NCBI GenBank assembly: GCA_947630745.1
Contig: CANRIT010000006.1
Location: forward strand, 1,029-65,028
DNA from: an uncultured Clostridia bacterium
GTDB lineage: Bacteria; Bacillota; Clostridia; Christensenellales; UBA1242
Length of the DNA stretch: 64,000 bases
Reading direction: 5' to 3'
The position numbers and the translations under genes were made by a program. A model generated the notes under the pieces. It ran no database searches. It had not been told where the DNA came from and worked only from the letters and a program-made list of their open reading frames with translations. Positions within the stretch are counted from its first letter, which is position 1; each line of letters begins with the position of its first letter. Positions 49,471 through 61,685 of the stretch are shown here, in pieces.

Positions 49471-52400
49471 TTACTCGTCAATGTCGTCAAACATGATGTC
49501 GACATTTTGATTTGCGGAAATATCGTCTTTGGTTTGTTTTGGAATAATATTCCTATACGCTGGCGAACCTGTGCCGGCTGGAATCATCTTACCGATTATG
49601 ATATTTTCTTTAAGGCCGGTTAAGTGATCAACCTTACCCTTTAATGCTGCCTCAGTCAACACATTGCTGCTTTCCTGGAAGGATGCTGCAGACAAGAAAC
49701 TTTCGGTGGTCAAAGATGCCTTGGTTATACCTTGCAATTCGCGTTTTGCGGTTGCTGGCATGCCACCCTCTTGAAGAGCTTTTTGGTTAGCCTCTTCAAA
49801 CACGCGGTTATCCACAATATCGCCCGGCAACAAATCGGTGTCGCCAGCATTTTCAATTTTAACCTTGCGTAACATCTGTCTAATAATAATTTCCAAGTGT
49901 TTTGCGTTGATAGAAACGGATTGAGATTTGTAAACCTCCAAAACCTCGTTAAGCAGGTATTCTTGCACTGCTTTGACACCACGTGTGCGCAAAACATCGC
50001 GTGGGTTTAGTGGACCTTCGGTTAATGCAGTGCCCGGAGATACAACATCGCCATTTTTAACCTTTATGGTTGAGCCAAATGGCAAAATGTAACTTTCTTC
50101 CGTTCCGTTGCCCTTGATTACCACTTCAAAGCGCTTGTCAATTTGATTTATGCTAACCTTGCCTCCAACATCACAAATGACTGCTGCACCCTTAGGGTTG
50201 CGGGCTTCAAAAATTTCTTCAACCCTAGGCAAACCTGAGGTAATATCTTCTGCTGCTGCACCACCGCTGTGGAAGGTACGCAACACAAGCTGAGTACCAG
50301 GTTCACCAATTGACTGAGCTGCGATAACGCCGACAGCCTCGCCCACATGAACCACATCATTTGTGGACATGTCGCGTCCGTAACACTTGCAGCACACGCC
50401 AGATTTTGCCTTACATGTTAAAATGCTGCGGATTGGCACACGGGTGATGCCCGCGTCAACAATAATCTGAGCCAAATCGTTGGTTATATAGCAATCTGCT
50501 GGGCAGATTTCTTGTTTGGTTTTTGGATTTATAATTGCTTGCGAAGTGAACCTGCCCACAATACGATCAAACAGTGTTTCAATAACTGCGCCTTTTTGGG
50601 CAATTTCGGTAACTTCTATACCCTTAACTGATTCGCCTAAATTTGCAAAGCAGTCTTCCTCGGTAACGGTTGTGTCTTGCGCAATATCCACCAGCCTACG
50701 GGTTAAGTAACCAGAGTCAGCTGTTTTAAGTGCGGTATCCATCAGCTGTTTACGCGCACCACGCGCTGCACTGTAGTATTCCAACGAGGTTAAACCTCTT
50801 CTAAAGTTGTTTTTAACTGGAACTTCGCTTAGGCCACCGCTTGCCGAGTCCATGTTACCCATAATGCCGCAAAGTTGTTTTAACAAGTCGTCCGAACCAC
50901 GCGCTTTTGAAGTCAACATAATTTTTAATGGATTGAATTTATCCATTTGGCTGGATGTGGCTTTAATAACCTTATCCACCGTTTCACGCCAAACTTCCAA
51001 GTTCCTTGAACGCTTTGCAGAGTATTCCATCAAACCTTGATTGTAAAGCTCGTTGTTTTCTGCAACTTTTTGTTCTGCCTCGTGCAAATATGTGTCGCGC
51101 TCTTTCGACTCGGTTAAGTCGAATATAGAAATTGACAAGCTTGCCAAGGTGCTATATTTGTAACCCATGTTTTTGATATCGTCAACCATGGTAACTGTTG
51201 TGTTGGTGCCATGTTTGCGATAGCATGTTTCAATAAGGCTGGAATAATCACCTTTTGCAACTGGTTTATCAATTTCAAATTTAAACGCATTTTCCTTTTT
51301 GGTGCGGTCAACAAAGCCCAAATCTTGCGGGATTATGCTGTTGAAGATAACTCTACCTAAAGTGGTTTGAGTGCGGCCGGTTAGTTGCTCACCTTCAAAT
51401 TGTACGGTACGCCTTAAATTGATAAGTGCTTGCAGGCTTAACTCACCATTTTCGTAAGCAAGGTTTGCCTCGTCCACGCTGGCGAAAGTCATACCCTCAC
51501 CCTTTGCACCTTCACGCACCATTGTTAGATAATAGTTACCATAAATCATATCCAAACTTGGCAACATATTTGGCTTGCCATCGCTTGGTTTTAATACGTT
51601 GTTAGAAGCAAGCAACAACATTCTGGCTTCGGTACGCGCTTCAACCGAAAGTGGAAGGTGAATTGCCATTTGGTCACCATCGAAGTCGGCGTTAAAGCCG
51701 CCGCACGCCAAAGGTGGAAGACGAAGGGCTTTACCTTCAACCAAAATTGGTTCAAACGCTTGAACAGAAAGTTTGTGAAGGGTTGGTGCACGGTTTAAAA
51801 GCACTGGATGCCCTTGAACAACTTCGGACAAAATATCGTACACAATTGGGCGTTCTTGGTCAATCATGCGGGTGGCTTTTTTAAGGTTGTTGGTTGCATT
51901 AAGTTCCAACAAACGCTTAATGATAAATGGACGGAACAATTCAAGTGCAATCATCTTTGGAAGACCGCATTGATAAATTTTAAGTTCTGGTCCAACAACG
52001 ATAACGCTACGGCCAGAATAGTCCACACGTTTACCCAATAAGTTTTGACGGAAACGGCCGTGTTTACCCTTTAAGGATGCGGTTAACGATTTTAAATCAC
52101 GCTGGCGGCTGCCTTGAACTGCCCTGCCACGCTTGCCGTTATCAAACAGCGCATCAACTGCCTCTTGCAACATACGCTTTTCGTTACGCACAATAATTTC
52201 TGGTGCGCCAAGCTCCATAAGCTTTTTAAGACGATTGTTGCGGTTGATAACACGGCGATACAAATCGTTTAAGTCGGATGCGGCAAACTTGCCACCATCA
52301 ATTTGCACAAGTGGGCGCAAATCTGGTGGGATAACTGGGATAACATCCAAAATCATCCAGCTTGGTTTGTTGCCAGATTTTATAAACGCTTCAATAACAT

Positions 52401-53034
52401 CCAATTTTTTGGTTGCTTTAAGTTTGCGCTGACCTTTGGCTGTGTGCATAATTTTGGTAAGTTCTTCGCGTTCCTTTTCCAAATCGATGTCGTTTAAAAG
52501 TTCCTTAATCGCTTCTGCACCCATGCCGGCACGGAAACCATCTGGACCATACTTTTCAACTGCATCGCGATATTCCCTATCACGGATTACTTGTTTGTAA
52601 GTGAATTCGGTGTTTTTAGGGTCAAGCACAACATAAGAAACATAATACAACACTTCGTCCAATTGTTTTGGGCTCATGTCCAAAATAAATCCCATGCGGC
52701 TTGGCACGCCTTTAAAGAACCAAATGTGGCTAACTGGGCAGGCAAGTTCAATATGCCCCATGCGCTCACGCCTAACTTTGCTGCGGGTAACTTCCACCCC
52801 ACATTTGTCGCACACCACGCCTTTATATCTTACTCTTTTATACTTACCGCAATGGCATTCCCAGTCCTTTTTAGGTCCAAAAATGCGTTCACAAAACAAA
52901 CCATCTTTTTCTGGCTTTTGTGTGCGGTAATTTATGGTTTCCGGTTTGGTGACCTCACCGCGAGACCAACTTCTAATCATCTCTGGTGAAGCAATGCCAA
53001 CGCGGATAGAGTCAAAATTGTTTAATTCAAACAT
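49471..53034 (-). CDS. rpoC: DNA-directed RNA polymerase beta' subunit
   Basis: [10 protein letters not shown] zinc finger, [27 protein letters not shown] catalytic motif, [16 protein letters not shown]. Confidence 0.99.
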   Translation of the reverse strand: MFELNNFDSIRVGIASPEMIRSWSRGEVTKPETINYRTQKPEKDGLFCERIFGPKKDWECHCGKYKRVRYKGVVCDKCGVEVTRSKVRRERMGHIELACPVSHIWFFKGVPSRMGFILDMSPKQLDEVLYYVSYVVLDPKNTEFTYKQVIRDREYRDAVEKYGPDGFRAGMGAEAIKELLNDIDLEKEREELTKIMHTAKGQRKLKATKKLDVIEAFIKSGNKPSWMILDVIPVIPPDLRPLVQIDGGKFAASDLNDLYRRVINRNNRLKKLMELGAPEIIVRNEKRMLQEAVDALFDNGKRGRAVQGSRQRDLKSLTASLKGKHGRFRQNLLGKRVDYSGRSVIVVGPELKIYQCGLPKMIALELFRPFIIKRLLELNATNNLKKATRMIDQERPIVYDILSEVVQGHPVLLNRAPTLHKLSVQAFEPILVEGKALRLPPLACGGFNADFDGDQMAIHLPLSVEARTEARMLLLASNNVLKPSDGKPNMLPSLDMIYGNYYLTMVREGAKGEGMTFASVDEANLAYENGELSLQALINLRRTVQFEGEQLTGRTQTTLGRVIFNSIIPQDLGFVDRTKKENAFKFEIDKPVAKGDYSSLIETCYRKHGTNTTVTMVDDIKNMGYKYSTLASLSISIFDLTESKERDTYLHEAEQKVAENNELYNQGLMEYSAKRSRNLEVWRETVDKVIKATSSQMDKFNPLKIMLTSKARGSDDLLKQLCGIMGNMDSASGGLSEVPVKNNFRRGLTSLEYYSAARGARKQLMDTALKTADSGYLTRRLVDIAQDTTVTEEDCFANLGESVKGIEVTEIAQKGAVIETLFDRIVGRFTSQAIINPKTKQEICPADCYITNDLAQIIVDAGITRVPIRSILTCKAKSGVCCKCYGRDMSTNDVVHVGEAVGVIAAQSIGEPGTQLVLRTFHSGGAAAEDITSGLPRVEEIFEARNPKGAAVICDVGGKVSINQIDKRFEVVIKGNGTEESYILPFGSTIKVKNGDVVSPGTALTEGPLNPRDVLRTRGVKAVQEYLLNEVLEVYKSQSVSINAKHLEIIIRQMLRKVKIENAGDTDLLPGDIVDNRVFEEANQKALQEGGMPATAKRELQGITKASLTTESFLSAASFQESSNVLTEAALKGKVDHLTGLKENIIIGKMIPAGTGSPAYRNIIPKQTKDDISANQNVDIMFDDIDE

Positions 53035-53045
53035 TTCTTTTCCTC

Positions 53046-56000
53046 CTAATCATCCAAATCGTCGAATAAATCGGACTCATCAAATGCGGTGTTGTTAACA
53101 TCATTTTCGTAATCTTTTGCAATATCGTCAAATTCAAGAGTGACATCTTCAAGCACTGGTTTGTTAACTGGTTCAACTGCGCTAACCTCTTCGCCCTCGT
53201 CACCAACTTCGTTGATGGTAAGCTCGTGATTATCAGCAGTTAAAATCTTAACATCTAGGCACAAGCCTTGCATTTCTTTAACCAAAACCTTAAACGATTC
53301 TGGCATGCCGGGCTCTGGGATAGGCTCACCTTTAACGATTGCCTCGTAAGTTTTAATACGCCCTTCCACATCGTCCGACTTGATTGTAAGCATTTCTTGC
53401 AACAAGCGCGATGCGCCATATGCTTCAAGCGCCCACACTTCCATTTCACCAAAACGCTGACCACCAAGTTGGCTGCGTCCGCCAAGTGGTTGTTGTGTGA
53501 TAAGTGCATATGTGCCAATGCCACGCGCGTGGATTTTATCGTCAACCATGTGGTTAAGTTTTAACATATACATAACGCCAACCGTGGTTTTGTTTTCAAA
53601 CGGCAAACCAGTACGTCCATCATAGAGTTGCATTTTGCCATCTTCCGGAAGGTTGTTTGCTTTAAGTAATGCTTTAATATCTTCTTCACTTGCACCATCA
53701 AAGGCAGGGGTAGCAATTTTCCAATCCAAATGCTTTGCTGCCCAACCCAAGTGCATTTCAAGCAACTGGCTTAAATTCATACGGCTTGGGATGCCAAGTG
53801 GGTTGACAATTATATCAACCGTTTCGCCATTTGGCATGTATGGCATGTCATTTTCTGGCAAAACAACCGAGATACAACCCTTGTTACCATAACGACCGGC
53901 AAGTTTATCGCCCACTTGCAAAATACGCTTTTGTGCGATGTAAACTTTAACCATCATATTTACGCCAGCATCAAGTTCGTCTTTATTTTTCCTTGACAAA
54001 ATTTCTATGCCGACAACCACACCTTCTTCGCCATGTTTAACTTTAAGCGAGGTGTTTTTAACTTCTTTTGTCTTTTCACCAAAAATGGCTTTTAACAAAC
54101 GCTCTTCTGGGGTAAGGTCGGTTTCACCTTTAGGGGTAACTTTACCAACCAAAATATCGCCAACTTTAACCTCAGTACCAATGCGGACAATACCATTTTC
54201 GTCCAAATTTTTAAGCGCATCTTCGCCCACACCAGCAATGTCGCGTGTAATTTCTTCATCGCCCAATTTGGTGGTTCTAGCCTCGGTGTGGACTTGTTGT
54301 ATGGAAATAGATGTAAACGCATCTTCACGCACAATGCGTTGGTTGATTAAAATTGCGTCTTCAAATGTATAACCTTCCCAGTTCATAACTGCTACGGTCA
54401 TGTTTTTGCCAAGTGCCAATTCGCCTTTATCAGTTGAAGCACCATCGGCAAGCACATCGCCTTTTTTAACCTTTTCACCCTTTTTAACAATAGGTTTTTG
54501 GTTAAAACATGCCTTTTCGTTAGTGCGTTCAAACTTGCGAAGTTTGTGGTTGATGATGCTGCCATCTGCATATTCCATTGTGATGTAATCACTAGAAACA
54601 TATTTGCACACGCCATCTTGTTCTGCCAAAACCATAGCACCCGAATCAACTGCGGCTTTGTGTTCTACACCTGTGCCGACAATTGGGCTATCCGAACGGA
54701 TAAGCGGAACAGCTTGGCACTGCATGTTTGCGCCCATCAGCGCACGGTTACCTGTGCTGTGTTCAACAAATGGGATAAGGCTTACGCTGATTGAAAGCAA
54801 CTGCCTTGGGCTTAAATCTACAAAATCTATCATGCTGCTGTCAACATGGGCAGTTTCCCCATTGTGACGGCAATCAACAAATCCATCCAAAATTTTGCCA
54901 TCTTCGCTTTGTGGTACGGTGGCTTGGGCGATGTAATGCCCAGTTTCTTCATCCGCCATCATAAATACTATATCGTTTGTGATTTTGCGGGTTTTTGGGT
55001 CAACCTTTCTGTATGGGGTTTCAATAAATCCATACATATTAATACGCGCGTACGCGGTTGGGGAATCCATCAAACCGATTGCCGAACCTTCTGGTGTTTC
55101 TGCCACACAGATACGGCCGTAGTGTGATGGGTTAATATCACGCGCTTCCGCACTGGCACGTTCCTTCCTTAAACCGCCTGGTCCAAGTGAAGAAAAACGC
55201 CTTTTATGCCTTAAACTTGCGGCTGGGTTGATTTGGTCCATAAGCGCGCTAAGTTGGCTGGTTGCCATAAATTCTTTAAGGGTTTTGTTTATATACCTTG
55301 CGTTTACAATTTTGCTTGGAGTAGCATCGGTCAAATCGCGTGACTGCAAATTTTCCCTAACCTGTGTTTGAAGTTTAAGCATACCACGCCTAAACTCGTC
55401 TTTTAACAGCTCACCACATCTTGCCACGCGGCGGATTGAAAGGTTGTCCACCTCGTCCGTGCTTCCCAAACCGTCAATAAGGTTAAGGTGATAGCTTATT
55501 GTTGCAACAAAGTCATCCAAGGTAACTTGAAAATCTTCCAACTTATAAACATTTTGTTGAATGGCTTGTTTAAGGCTTGCTTCGTCCTTATTTGCCTTCA
55601 TAATCTCTTGCAACAAAGGAAGGTAAACAAGCTCGGTTATGCCCAATTCTTCCGGATTAAGTTTTGCATATGCTTTAAGGTCAACGCGCTTGTTGCCCAC
55701 AACATGCACCACTTTATCGTTAACTAAAACATCAACTTCGTTTATGCCTGCATTTTGGATTGCAACTGCGGTGTCATGGTCAATAATTTCACCTTTTGTA
55801 ACAAACACCTTTTTGCCAAGCTTAATGTCGTTTGCGGCAATTTGGTCGGTTATGCGGTTTGCAACGGACAATTTTTTGTTAAGTTTAAACCTGCCCACCT
55901 TTTCCAAATTATACTGCTGAACATTGAAAAACCTGTCGTTAATATACGCCAAAGTGTTTTCTGGGTTAGGGATTTCACCTGGGCGTGTTCTGCGACCAAA

Positions 56001-56717
56001 TTCTATAAGTGCCTCTTCTTGAGTTAGTTGAGGTTCTTTTTCAAGGGTGTTTACAATAAATGGATGGTTGCCAAAAATTTGTTTAATCTCTTCATTTTCA
56101 TAACCAAAGCATTTTAAAAACACGCCAAGGCTCATTTTAAACTTTCTGTCAACCACAACGCGCATTGTGTCGCCCGTAACTTGTTCGGTTTGCATCCACA
56201 TGCCGTGGCTTGGTTGGATTGAGCCATGATAATCCATTCTGCCATACTTGTTAAGCGCGCCATCAAAAAGCGCACCAGGAGATTTAACCAACTGGCTTAA
56301 AACAACACGCTCTACCCCATTGCAGATAAATCCGCCGTCATTTGACATGTATGGGATGTCGCCAAGGAAGACTTCCTCGTCAACAATCTGCCCAGTTTCT
56401 TTAACCAAAAGGCGAACATTTACTTTAAGTGGAACGGTGTAACTTGTCTGTTTAAGTTTGCACTCTGCCCACGAATATTTTGGGGTTTTGTCTATGCTAT
56501 AACCTAAAAAAGACAACTCTGCTTTGTTAGAGTAGTCTACAATAGGATTAAATTCATTCAAAACCTCGCCAATGCCGACGTTTAAGAAATGATTATAGTC
56601 CTCCTTAACGTCATTAAGCCAGTCTGGTATCACGTATGGGACATTGATTTTAGCAAAACTCATGCGTTCAGCCTTGCCCTGCTTAATTTTTTTGATGTTG
56701 AGTGTTGAATCCATCAT
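53046..56717 (-). CDS. rpoB: DNA-directed RNA polymerase beta subunit
   Basis: [67 protein letters not shown]. Confidence 0.99.
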   Translation of the reverse strand: MMDSTLNIKKIKQGKAERMSFAKINVPYVIPDWLNDVKEDYNHFLNVGIGEVLNEFNPIVDYSNKAELSFLGYSIDKTPKYSWAECKLKQTSYTVPLKVNVRLLVKETGQIVDEEVFLGDIPYMSNDGGFICNGVERVVLSQLVKSPGALFDGALNKYGRMDYHGSIQPSHGMWMQTEQVTGDTMRVVVDRKFKMSLGVFLKCFGYENEEIKQIFGNHPFIVNTLEKEPQLTQEEALIEFGRRTRPGEIPNPENTLAYINDRFFNVQQYNLEKVGRFKLNKKLSVANRITDQIAANDIKLGKKVFVTKGEIIDHDTAVAIQNAGINEVDVLVNDKVVHVVGNKRVDLKAYAKLNPEELGITELVYLPLLQEIMKANKDEASLKQAIQQNVYKLEDFQVTLDDFVATISYHLNLIDGLGSTDEVDNLSIRRVARCGELLKDEFRRGMLKLQTQVRENLQSRDLTDATPSKIVNARYINKTLKEFMATSQLSALMDQINPAASLRHKRRFSSLGPGGLRKERASAEARDINPSHYGRICVAETPEGSAIGLMDSPTAYARINMYGFIETPYRKVDPKTRKITNDIVFMMADEETGHYIAQATVPQSEDGKILDGFVDCRHNGETAHVDSSMIDFVDLSPRQLLSISVSLIPFVEHSTGNRALMGANMQCQAVPLIRSDSPIVGTGVEHKAAVDSGAMVLAEQDGVCKYVSSDYITMEYADGSIINHKLRKFERTNEKACFNQKPIVKKGEKVKKGDVLADGASTDKGELALGKNMTVAVMNWEGYTFEDAILINQRIVREDAFTSISIQQVHTEARTTKLGDEEITRDIAGVGEDALKNLDENGIVRIGTEVKVGDILVGKVTPKGETDLTPEERLLKAIFGEKTKEVKNTSLKVKHGEEGVVVGIEILSRKNKDELDAGVNMMVKVYIAQKRILQVGDKLAGRYGNKGCISVVLPENDMPYMPNGETVDIIVNPLGIPSRMNLSQLLEMHLGWAAKHLDWKIATPAFDGASEEDIKALLKANNLPEDGKMQLYDGRTGLPFENKTTVGVMYMLKLNHMVDDKIHARGIGTYALITQQPLGGRSQLGGQRFGEMEVWALEAYGASRLLQEMLTIKSDDVEGRIKTYEAIVKGEPIPEPGMPESFKVLVKEMQGLCLDVKILTADNHELTINEVGDEGEEVSAVEPVNKPVLEDVTLEFDDIAKDYENDVNNTAFDESDLFDDLDD

Positions 56718-56802
56718 TTAACTCCTTATTAAGTTAATTTCTCTCTATTTTATAGGTGTTTTTTGGCAATTTAAAAATTAAGAGAATTTTTGATACTAGG
56801 TT

Positions 56803-56831
56803 ATTCTAACACAATAATCAATTTGTGTCAA
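56803..56831 (-). promoter_or_regulatory. SigA-type promoter of rpoB
   Basis: Minus strand TTGACA-17-TAGAAT with an extended TG. Confidence 0.7.
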
Positions 56832-56949
56832 TAGATTTTTGGTATTTTTTTAAAAAAATTTTTATAAATGTCGGTTTTTTGTAATTATTGCCAAAATTCG
56901 TCCAAATAAAACAAAAAAAGGTGCGCTTTTCACCTTTTGTTGCAACTAA

Positions 56950-57399
56950 TTAATTTTGATTGTTTGCGTTTTTAACCGCCTCGTCAACCAGCTGCTCTGC
57001 CGATTTAAACTTCATGCAAAGCGCGGCAATCATAAAGCCAACAACAATAAGCGAGCCAGAAATTGCATTTACCACAAGCAGTGTTATAATGTTGTGTTTT
57101 CTGTTGCTTAAATGCTTTGCATCCAAAATTACGCGTATGCCAAAAACCAAATCAAGCGCGGCAAGTATAAGCGACATTATCCCTATAAAAATAACCACTT
57201 TGCGCAGCATGTCGGTAACAAGTTGAAGATCTGCGGTTGTGTAACCCATTTCGGTAAGTTCCGCCTCTGTAAACAGGTCGGTAACATTTAAAATTGATGA
57301 GCTTGTTAGGTAAATAATCGCCGCAAAAATCAAAATGCCAGCAAACACAATTGCAAGTATGCCGCCCGCACGCATTAAACCCTTTTTTGTTTTGTTCAT
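56950..57399 (-). CDS. hypothetical membrane protein
   Basis: GGAGG RBS before MNKTKK and three hydrophobic segments. Confidence 0.8.
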   Translation of the reverse strand: MNKTKKGLMRAGGILAIVFAGILIFAAIIYLTSSSILNVTDLFTEAELTEMGYTTADLQLVTDMLRKVVIFIGIMSLILAALDLVFGIRVILDAKHLSNRKHNIITLLVVNAISGSLIVVGFMIAALCMKFKSAEQLVDEAVKNANNQN

Positions 57400-57531
57400 A
57401 TTGCCTCCAATCAATTATATTTTAGCGCGGTTTAAAAAATAAGTCAAACAATTGGATGTTGGGAATAAAATATTAATTATAAATGCCACCAAACCCTTTG
57501 CAAAATTTTAAGTTTGTGTTATAATTGAATT

Positions 57532-58440
57532 ATGATTTGCTTAAACAACACAACCTTATTTAAAAATATAAAACTTAACAATCACCATGCGTATTTGTTT
57601 TATTCGCTTGATGAAGAGTTGAATAATTTGGTGGCGGAAAATTTTGCCAAGATGCTTGTGTGTGAAAATGGCAATATGTGCAACAATTGTTACGCTTGCC
57701 GCCAGTTTGACACAAGCACACATCCAGATGTTACAATTTTAAAGCAAGACAGCATTAAGGTGGACGATGTAAACAAAATTATTGCCAAACTTTCCACCAC
57801 CCCACTTGCAGGCGACAAAAAGGTGTTTGTAATTTTGAATGCGGAAACTATAAACGAAATTTCGCAAAACAAACTTTTAAAGTCGCTTGAAGAGCCGGCT
57901 AAAAACAATGTGTTTATTTTGACCACAACCAAAACGGACAAACTTTTGCCTACCGTTTTAAGCCGACTTAACAAAATTTATTTGCCTTCGCTTGATGCGG
58001 CGGACAGAAAGTTGATTGTTGATGCGTATTTGGCTGCTGGGCTTGATATTAAACAATTTTTGCAGCCAGATTGCACGCTTAGTGAGGCGGTTAAATTTGC
58101 AACTGACAAAAATTTTATTGCCACGGTAAACAGCATTTTTGATTTGCTTAGCAATTTAAACACAACGGCGGACATTCCGCGTGTGGTTGGCGAGTTGAAA
58201 GATTTTGATAAAAGCATATTTTTTGCGTGTTTGCAAGATGTGTTTATAAGTTTGGCAAACAACAGCACAAAATATCCGCGCATTGATGAAATAAAATCAA
58301 AATACCCCCCACGGGCATTAACAAAAATTATCCCGCTTGTTGAAAGGGCGTATTTGTATCAAAATTCAAATGTAAACTTTACATATATTTTGGATAATTT
58401 GTTGTTTAATATTTTAAAGGAGAAATTTTTATGCAATTAA
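57532..58440 (+). CDS. holB: DNA polymerase III delta' subunit
   Basis: HAYLF, C...C..C..C zinc site, HPDV, SQNKLLKSLEEP, LLPTVLSR. Upstream of the PSP1 gene as in Bacillota. Confidence 0.9.
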   Translation: MICLNNTTLFKNIKLNNHHAYLFYSLDEELNNLVAENFAKMLVCENGNMCNNCYACRQFDTSTHPDVTILKQDSIKVDDVNKIIAKLSTTPLAGDKKVFVILNAETINEISQNKLLKSLEEPAKNNVFILTTTKTDKLLPTVLSRLNKIYLPSLDAADRKLIVDAYLAAGLDIKQFLQPDCTLSEAVKFATDKNFIATVNSIFDLLSNLNTTADIPRVVGELKDFDKSIFFACLQDVFISLANNSTKYPRIDEIKSKYPPRALTKIIPLVERAYLYQNSNVNFTYILDNLLFNILKEKFLCN

Positions 58441-59228
58441 CCGAACTTGTTATGTTTAACAGCCCAATAAATCTATATGCCCCCGCGGGGGATTATAAAC
58501 GCGGACAGCGCGTGGTTGTTTCTACCCCAACTGGCCAGGAACTTGGCATTGTTAAAGGAGTGGTTGAACGGGAGGATGCTGACCCGGTTGACATTATCCG
58601 CGCCGCAACAAAGGAAGATAACGCAATTCACTGCGAAAACTGCATTTATGCGCGCAAATTGTTGCCTGAAATTAAAGAAGAGGCCAAAAAACTTGGTTTG
58701 GATATGAAAGTTGGCTTTATTTCCACAAATTTTGAACGCACCAAACTGGTGGTCAATTACACTGCGGATGAGCGTGTGGATTTTAGGGAACTTATTAAAA
58801 TTTTAGGTGCTAAATATAAAACCAGAATTGAGATGCGCCAGATTGGCAACAGAGATGAAACTAAGACCATAGGGGCCATGGGTATTTGCGGGCGTGAATG
58901 TTGCTGCAAACTTTACTTGTCCGATTTTGATAAGGTTAGCATAAAAATGGCAAAAAATCAAAACCTTGCGCTTAACCCTACCCGCATAAACGGAATGTGT
59001 GGTAGACTTTTGTGCTGCCTTAAATACGAAGACGATTTTTATGACGAACTGCAAAAGAAAATGCCACATGTTGGCAGCACTGTTATAACTGCTGATGGCA
59101 AAGGCACGGTAACTACCACTGACTTTTTAAAAGAAACTGTTACTGTAAGTTTTGTTAAGGATGACACAACTGAAGTTAAAACCTATCCGCTTGCCGACAT
59201 CAAGCAAAAAGATAGCGCGAACAAATAA
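58431..59228 (+). CDS. ricT: PSP1 family protein RicT/YaaT
   Basis: YTADERVDFRELIK, RIEMRQIG.RDE, GICGRECCC, SIKMAK.Q.L.LNP..I.G.CGRLLCCLKYE. Confidence 0.93.
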   Translation: MQLTELVMFNSPINLYAPAGDYKRGQRVVVSTPTGQELGIVKGVVEREDADPVDIIRAATKEDNAIHCENCIYARKLLPEIKEEAKKLGLDMKVGFISTNFERTKLVVNYTADERVDFRELIKILGAKYKTRIEMRQIGNRDETKTIGAMGICGRECCCKLYLSDFDKVSIKMAKNQNLALNPTRINGMCGRLLCCLKYEDDFYDELQKKMPHVGSTVITADGKGTVTTTDFLKETVTVSFVKDDTTEVKTYPLADIKQKDSANK

Positions 59229-59313
59229 TATACCCCACCCCCGCATGTTTATTATTGCAAAATAATTTTAAAACTACATATGCTCGCAAGGGGTATATTT
59301 GCTTAGGAAGAGT

Positions 59314-59985
59314 ATGAAGATAGAAAATTTTAAATTAGAACATTTTGATAACGGAATATCAATCTATCAAAGTGATGATTTATACAAATTTACCATGGAT
59401 GCAATTTTGCTTGCCAAGTTTTGCAACATTAAGCACAGCGACAATGTGCTTGAACTTTGCGCGGGAAGTGGAGTTATAAGTTTTTATGCCTACTCGCTTT
59501 GCCCGTTTAATCATCTATATTTTAACGAAATTCAAAGCGAAATGTGCGTAATTATTGAACAAAACATAAAATTTAATGGTTTTGGACGCAGAAGTAAAAT
59601 TTTTAAGTGTAATTTAAAGGAATTAAAACCGGCTGATTTTGTTAAACCACTTGATGTTGTTATCTGCAACCCGCCTTATTTAAAGGTTAATGGCACAAGC
59701 AAAATTAATGCCAAAAAAGAAATTGCACTTGCAAGGCACGAAATTGAAGCCACGCTTGAAGATATAGTAAGCAAGGCAAGCGAACTTTTAAAAGATAAGG
59801 GGCGGCTGTATATGGTGCATCTGGCAAGCCGAGTGGATGAAATTGTTACGCTTTGCCACAAATACAATATTAATGTTAAGCAGTTGAAATTTATTTTCCA
59901 TGGCGAAAAGGATGCGTATTTGGTGCTTGTGGAAGCGGTTAAAAATTCGCAATTTGGTGTGCGAGTTACAAAAAATCAGGAGTAG
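59314..59985 (+). CDS. tRNA1(Val) A37 N6-methyltransferase family (YabB/YfiC-like)
   Basis: F.MDAILLA.F, LELCAGSGVI, ICNPPY, ARHE. Confidence 0.88.
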   Translation: MKIENFKLEHFDNGISIYQSDDLYKFTMDAILLAKFCNIKHSDNVLELCAGSGVISFYAYSLCPFNHLYFNEIQSEMCVIIEQNIKFNGFGRRSKIFKCNLKELKPADFVKPLDVVICNPPYLKVNGTSKINAKKEIALARHEIEATLEDIVSKASELLKDKGRLYMVHLASRVDEIVTLCHKYNINVKQLKFIFHGEKDAYLVLVEAVKNSQFGVRVTKNQE

Positions 59986-59987
59986 AT

Positions 59988-60608
59988 ATGTTTGATGATA
60001 TAAAAATTAATTGCCATAGTTCAATTTGCCTTGGTGGGAACATTTATGTTGACCCGTTTAAAATTGAAAACGCGCCACACAATGCCCGACTTATTTTTAT
60101 AACCCACTCGCATTATGACCATTTGGAAATTGAATCGATTGACAAAATAAAAAACGACAACACAATAATAATTTGCACGCCCGACAGCGAAAAAATATTA
60201 AAAAATGCAAAAATTTCAAATAAAATTGTGATTGTAAAGCCAAACGAACACAAAATTGTTGATGGAGTTGAATTTGACACCTTCCCTGCATACAATGTTG
60301 GGCATCATCATTTTAGGGAATTAAATTTTGTTGGCTACACATTAAATATTGATAATACAAAAATAACAATTTGCGGTGATACGGATTTTACACCCGAACT
60401 GGCAAAAATAAAAACCGACATATTGCTTATACCCATAGGGGGTACTTACACAATGGACGCATGTGAGGCTGCAAACGCCACAAACACAATTAAACCAAAA
60501 CTTGTTATCCCCACCCACTACAACACCCTTGTTGGCACTAAGGCGGACGAAAAAACATTCATTCAAAATGTAAACAAAAACATTCAAGTTAAAATTTTAG
60601 TAAATTAA
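59988..60608 (+). CDS. MBL-fold metallo-hydrolase
   Basis: IYVDPF, ITHSHYDH, PAYN...H, GDTD, PIGGTYTM, IPTHY. Confidence 0.92.
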   Translation: MFDDIKINCHSSICLGGNIYVDPFKIENAPHNARLIFITHSHYDHLEIESIDKIKNDNTIIICTPDSEKILKNAKISNKIVIVKPNEHKIVDGVEFDTFPAYNVGHHHFRELNFVGYTLNIDNTKITICGDTDFTPELAKIKTDILLIPIGGTYTMDACEAANATNTIKPKLVIPTHYNTLVGTKADEKTFIQNVNKNIQVKILVN

Positions 60609-60678
60609 CACTTTTTTAAGTGTTTTTTTATTTACAAATTTGGTTGACATATTTTAATATTTTTGATACATTTATTGT

Positions 60679-61479
60679 ATGTTATATTTTGTTGGCACGC
60701 CAATTGGAAATTTGGAGGATTTCACTTTCCGTGCGGTGGAAGTTTTAAAAAATGTGGATGTTATTGCATGTGAAGATACTCGCCACAGCAAAATTTTGCT
60801 AGATAATTATGGCATTTGTACAAAAACAATCGCTTATCACAAGTTTAATGAGCAAGCGAGCGCGGACGGCATTGTTGAGCTGTTAAAAAGCGGAAAAAAT
60901 GTGGCGGTAATTTCGGATGCTGGCATGCCAGTTATTTCCGACCCGGGCAATGTCCTTTGCAAAAAGTTGCACGAAAACAATCTGCCTCACACGGTAATTC
61001 CGGGCGCAAATGCTGGGCTTAGCGCGCTTATTCTTTCTGGTTTTGATGCCACAAAGTTTGCATTTTTTGGCTTTTTAAGTGAAAAGAATAAGGAATTAAA
61101 GGTTCAGCTTAGCGAAATTGCAAATTTTTATGGTTCAATAATTATCTATTCAAGCAAATACAATATTAATAAAGATTTACAAAATTTGTATGCAGCGCTC
61201 GGTGGTGTGCGTGTGGCTGTGGTTAGCGAGATAACCAAGATGCACGAAAGCGCGACCATCCTTACCCTACCCGCGCAAATTGACCAGCCAAAAGGCGAAT
61301 ATGTGTTGGTGGTGGAAAATGTTAAGCCTGAGGTGTCCGCGCCCGATGACAAGCAAATTTTGCGCGAACTAAATGAACTAATTAAAAGCATGCCAAAAAA
61401 TGAAGCGATAAAGCAAATAAAACAAAAGTATAATTTAACAAAATCTTATGTTTACAATTTATTTGAAAATAACAAATAG
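60679..61479 (+). CDS. rsmI: 16S rRNA C1402 2'-O-methyltransferase
   Basis: LYFVGTPIGNLED.T.RA, ACEDTRHS, SDAGMPVISDPG, EITKMHE, KGEYV. Confidence 0.96.
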   Translation: MLYFVGTPIGNLEDFTFRAVEVLKNVDVIACEDTRHSKILLDNYGICTKTIAYHKFNEQASADGIVELLKSGKNVAVISDAGMPVISDPGNVLCKKLHENNLPHTVIPGANAGLSALILSGFDATKFAFFGFLSEKNKELKVQLSEIANFYGSIIIYSSKYNINKDLQNLYAALGGVRVAVVSEITKMHESATILTLPAQIDQPKGEYVLVVENVKPEVSAPDDKQILRELNELIKSMPKNEAIKQIKQKYNLTKSYVYNLFENNK

Positions 61480-61685
61480 CGGGCAACCGCTTTTTTGCTT
61501 TGATTTATTTTTTTATTTTTTAGTTATACAGTTAAATTTTTATTGATTTTTAAACTTATTTTTGATGATTTTAAAAAAATTTTTGCAATTTTACAAAATT
61601 CAACAAGTTATTTAAAATATTTGATAATTATTTTTTGTTGTGGTAAAATTAATAATAAGTTGATAATTTTTTACAAAGGAGGAAT

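Noticed and set aside
57580-57640. Missing Walker A motif in HolB as a sign of pseudogenisation
   Set aside because: Delta' subunits are catalytically inactive and often degenerate here. The ORF is full length and syntenic.
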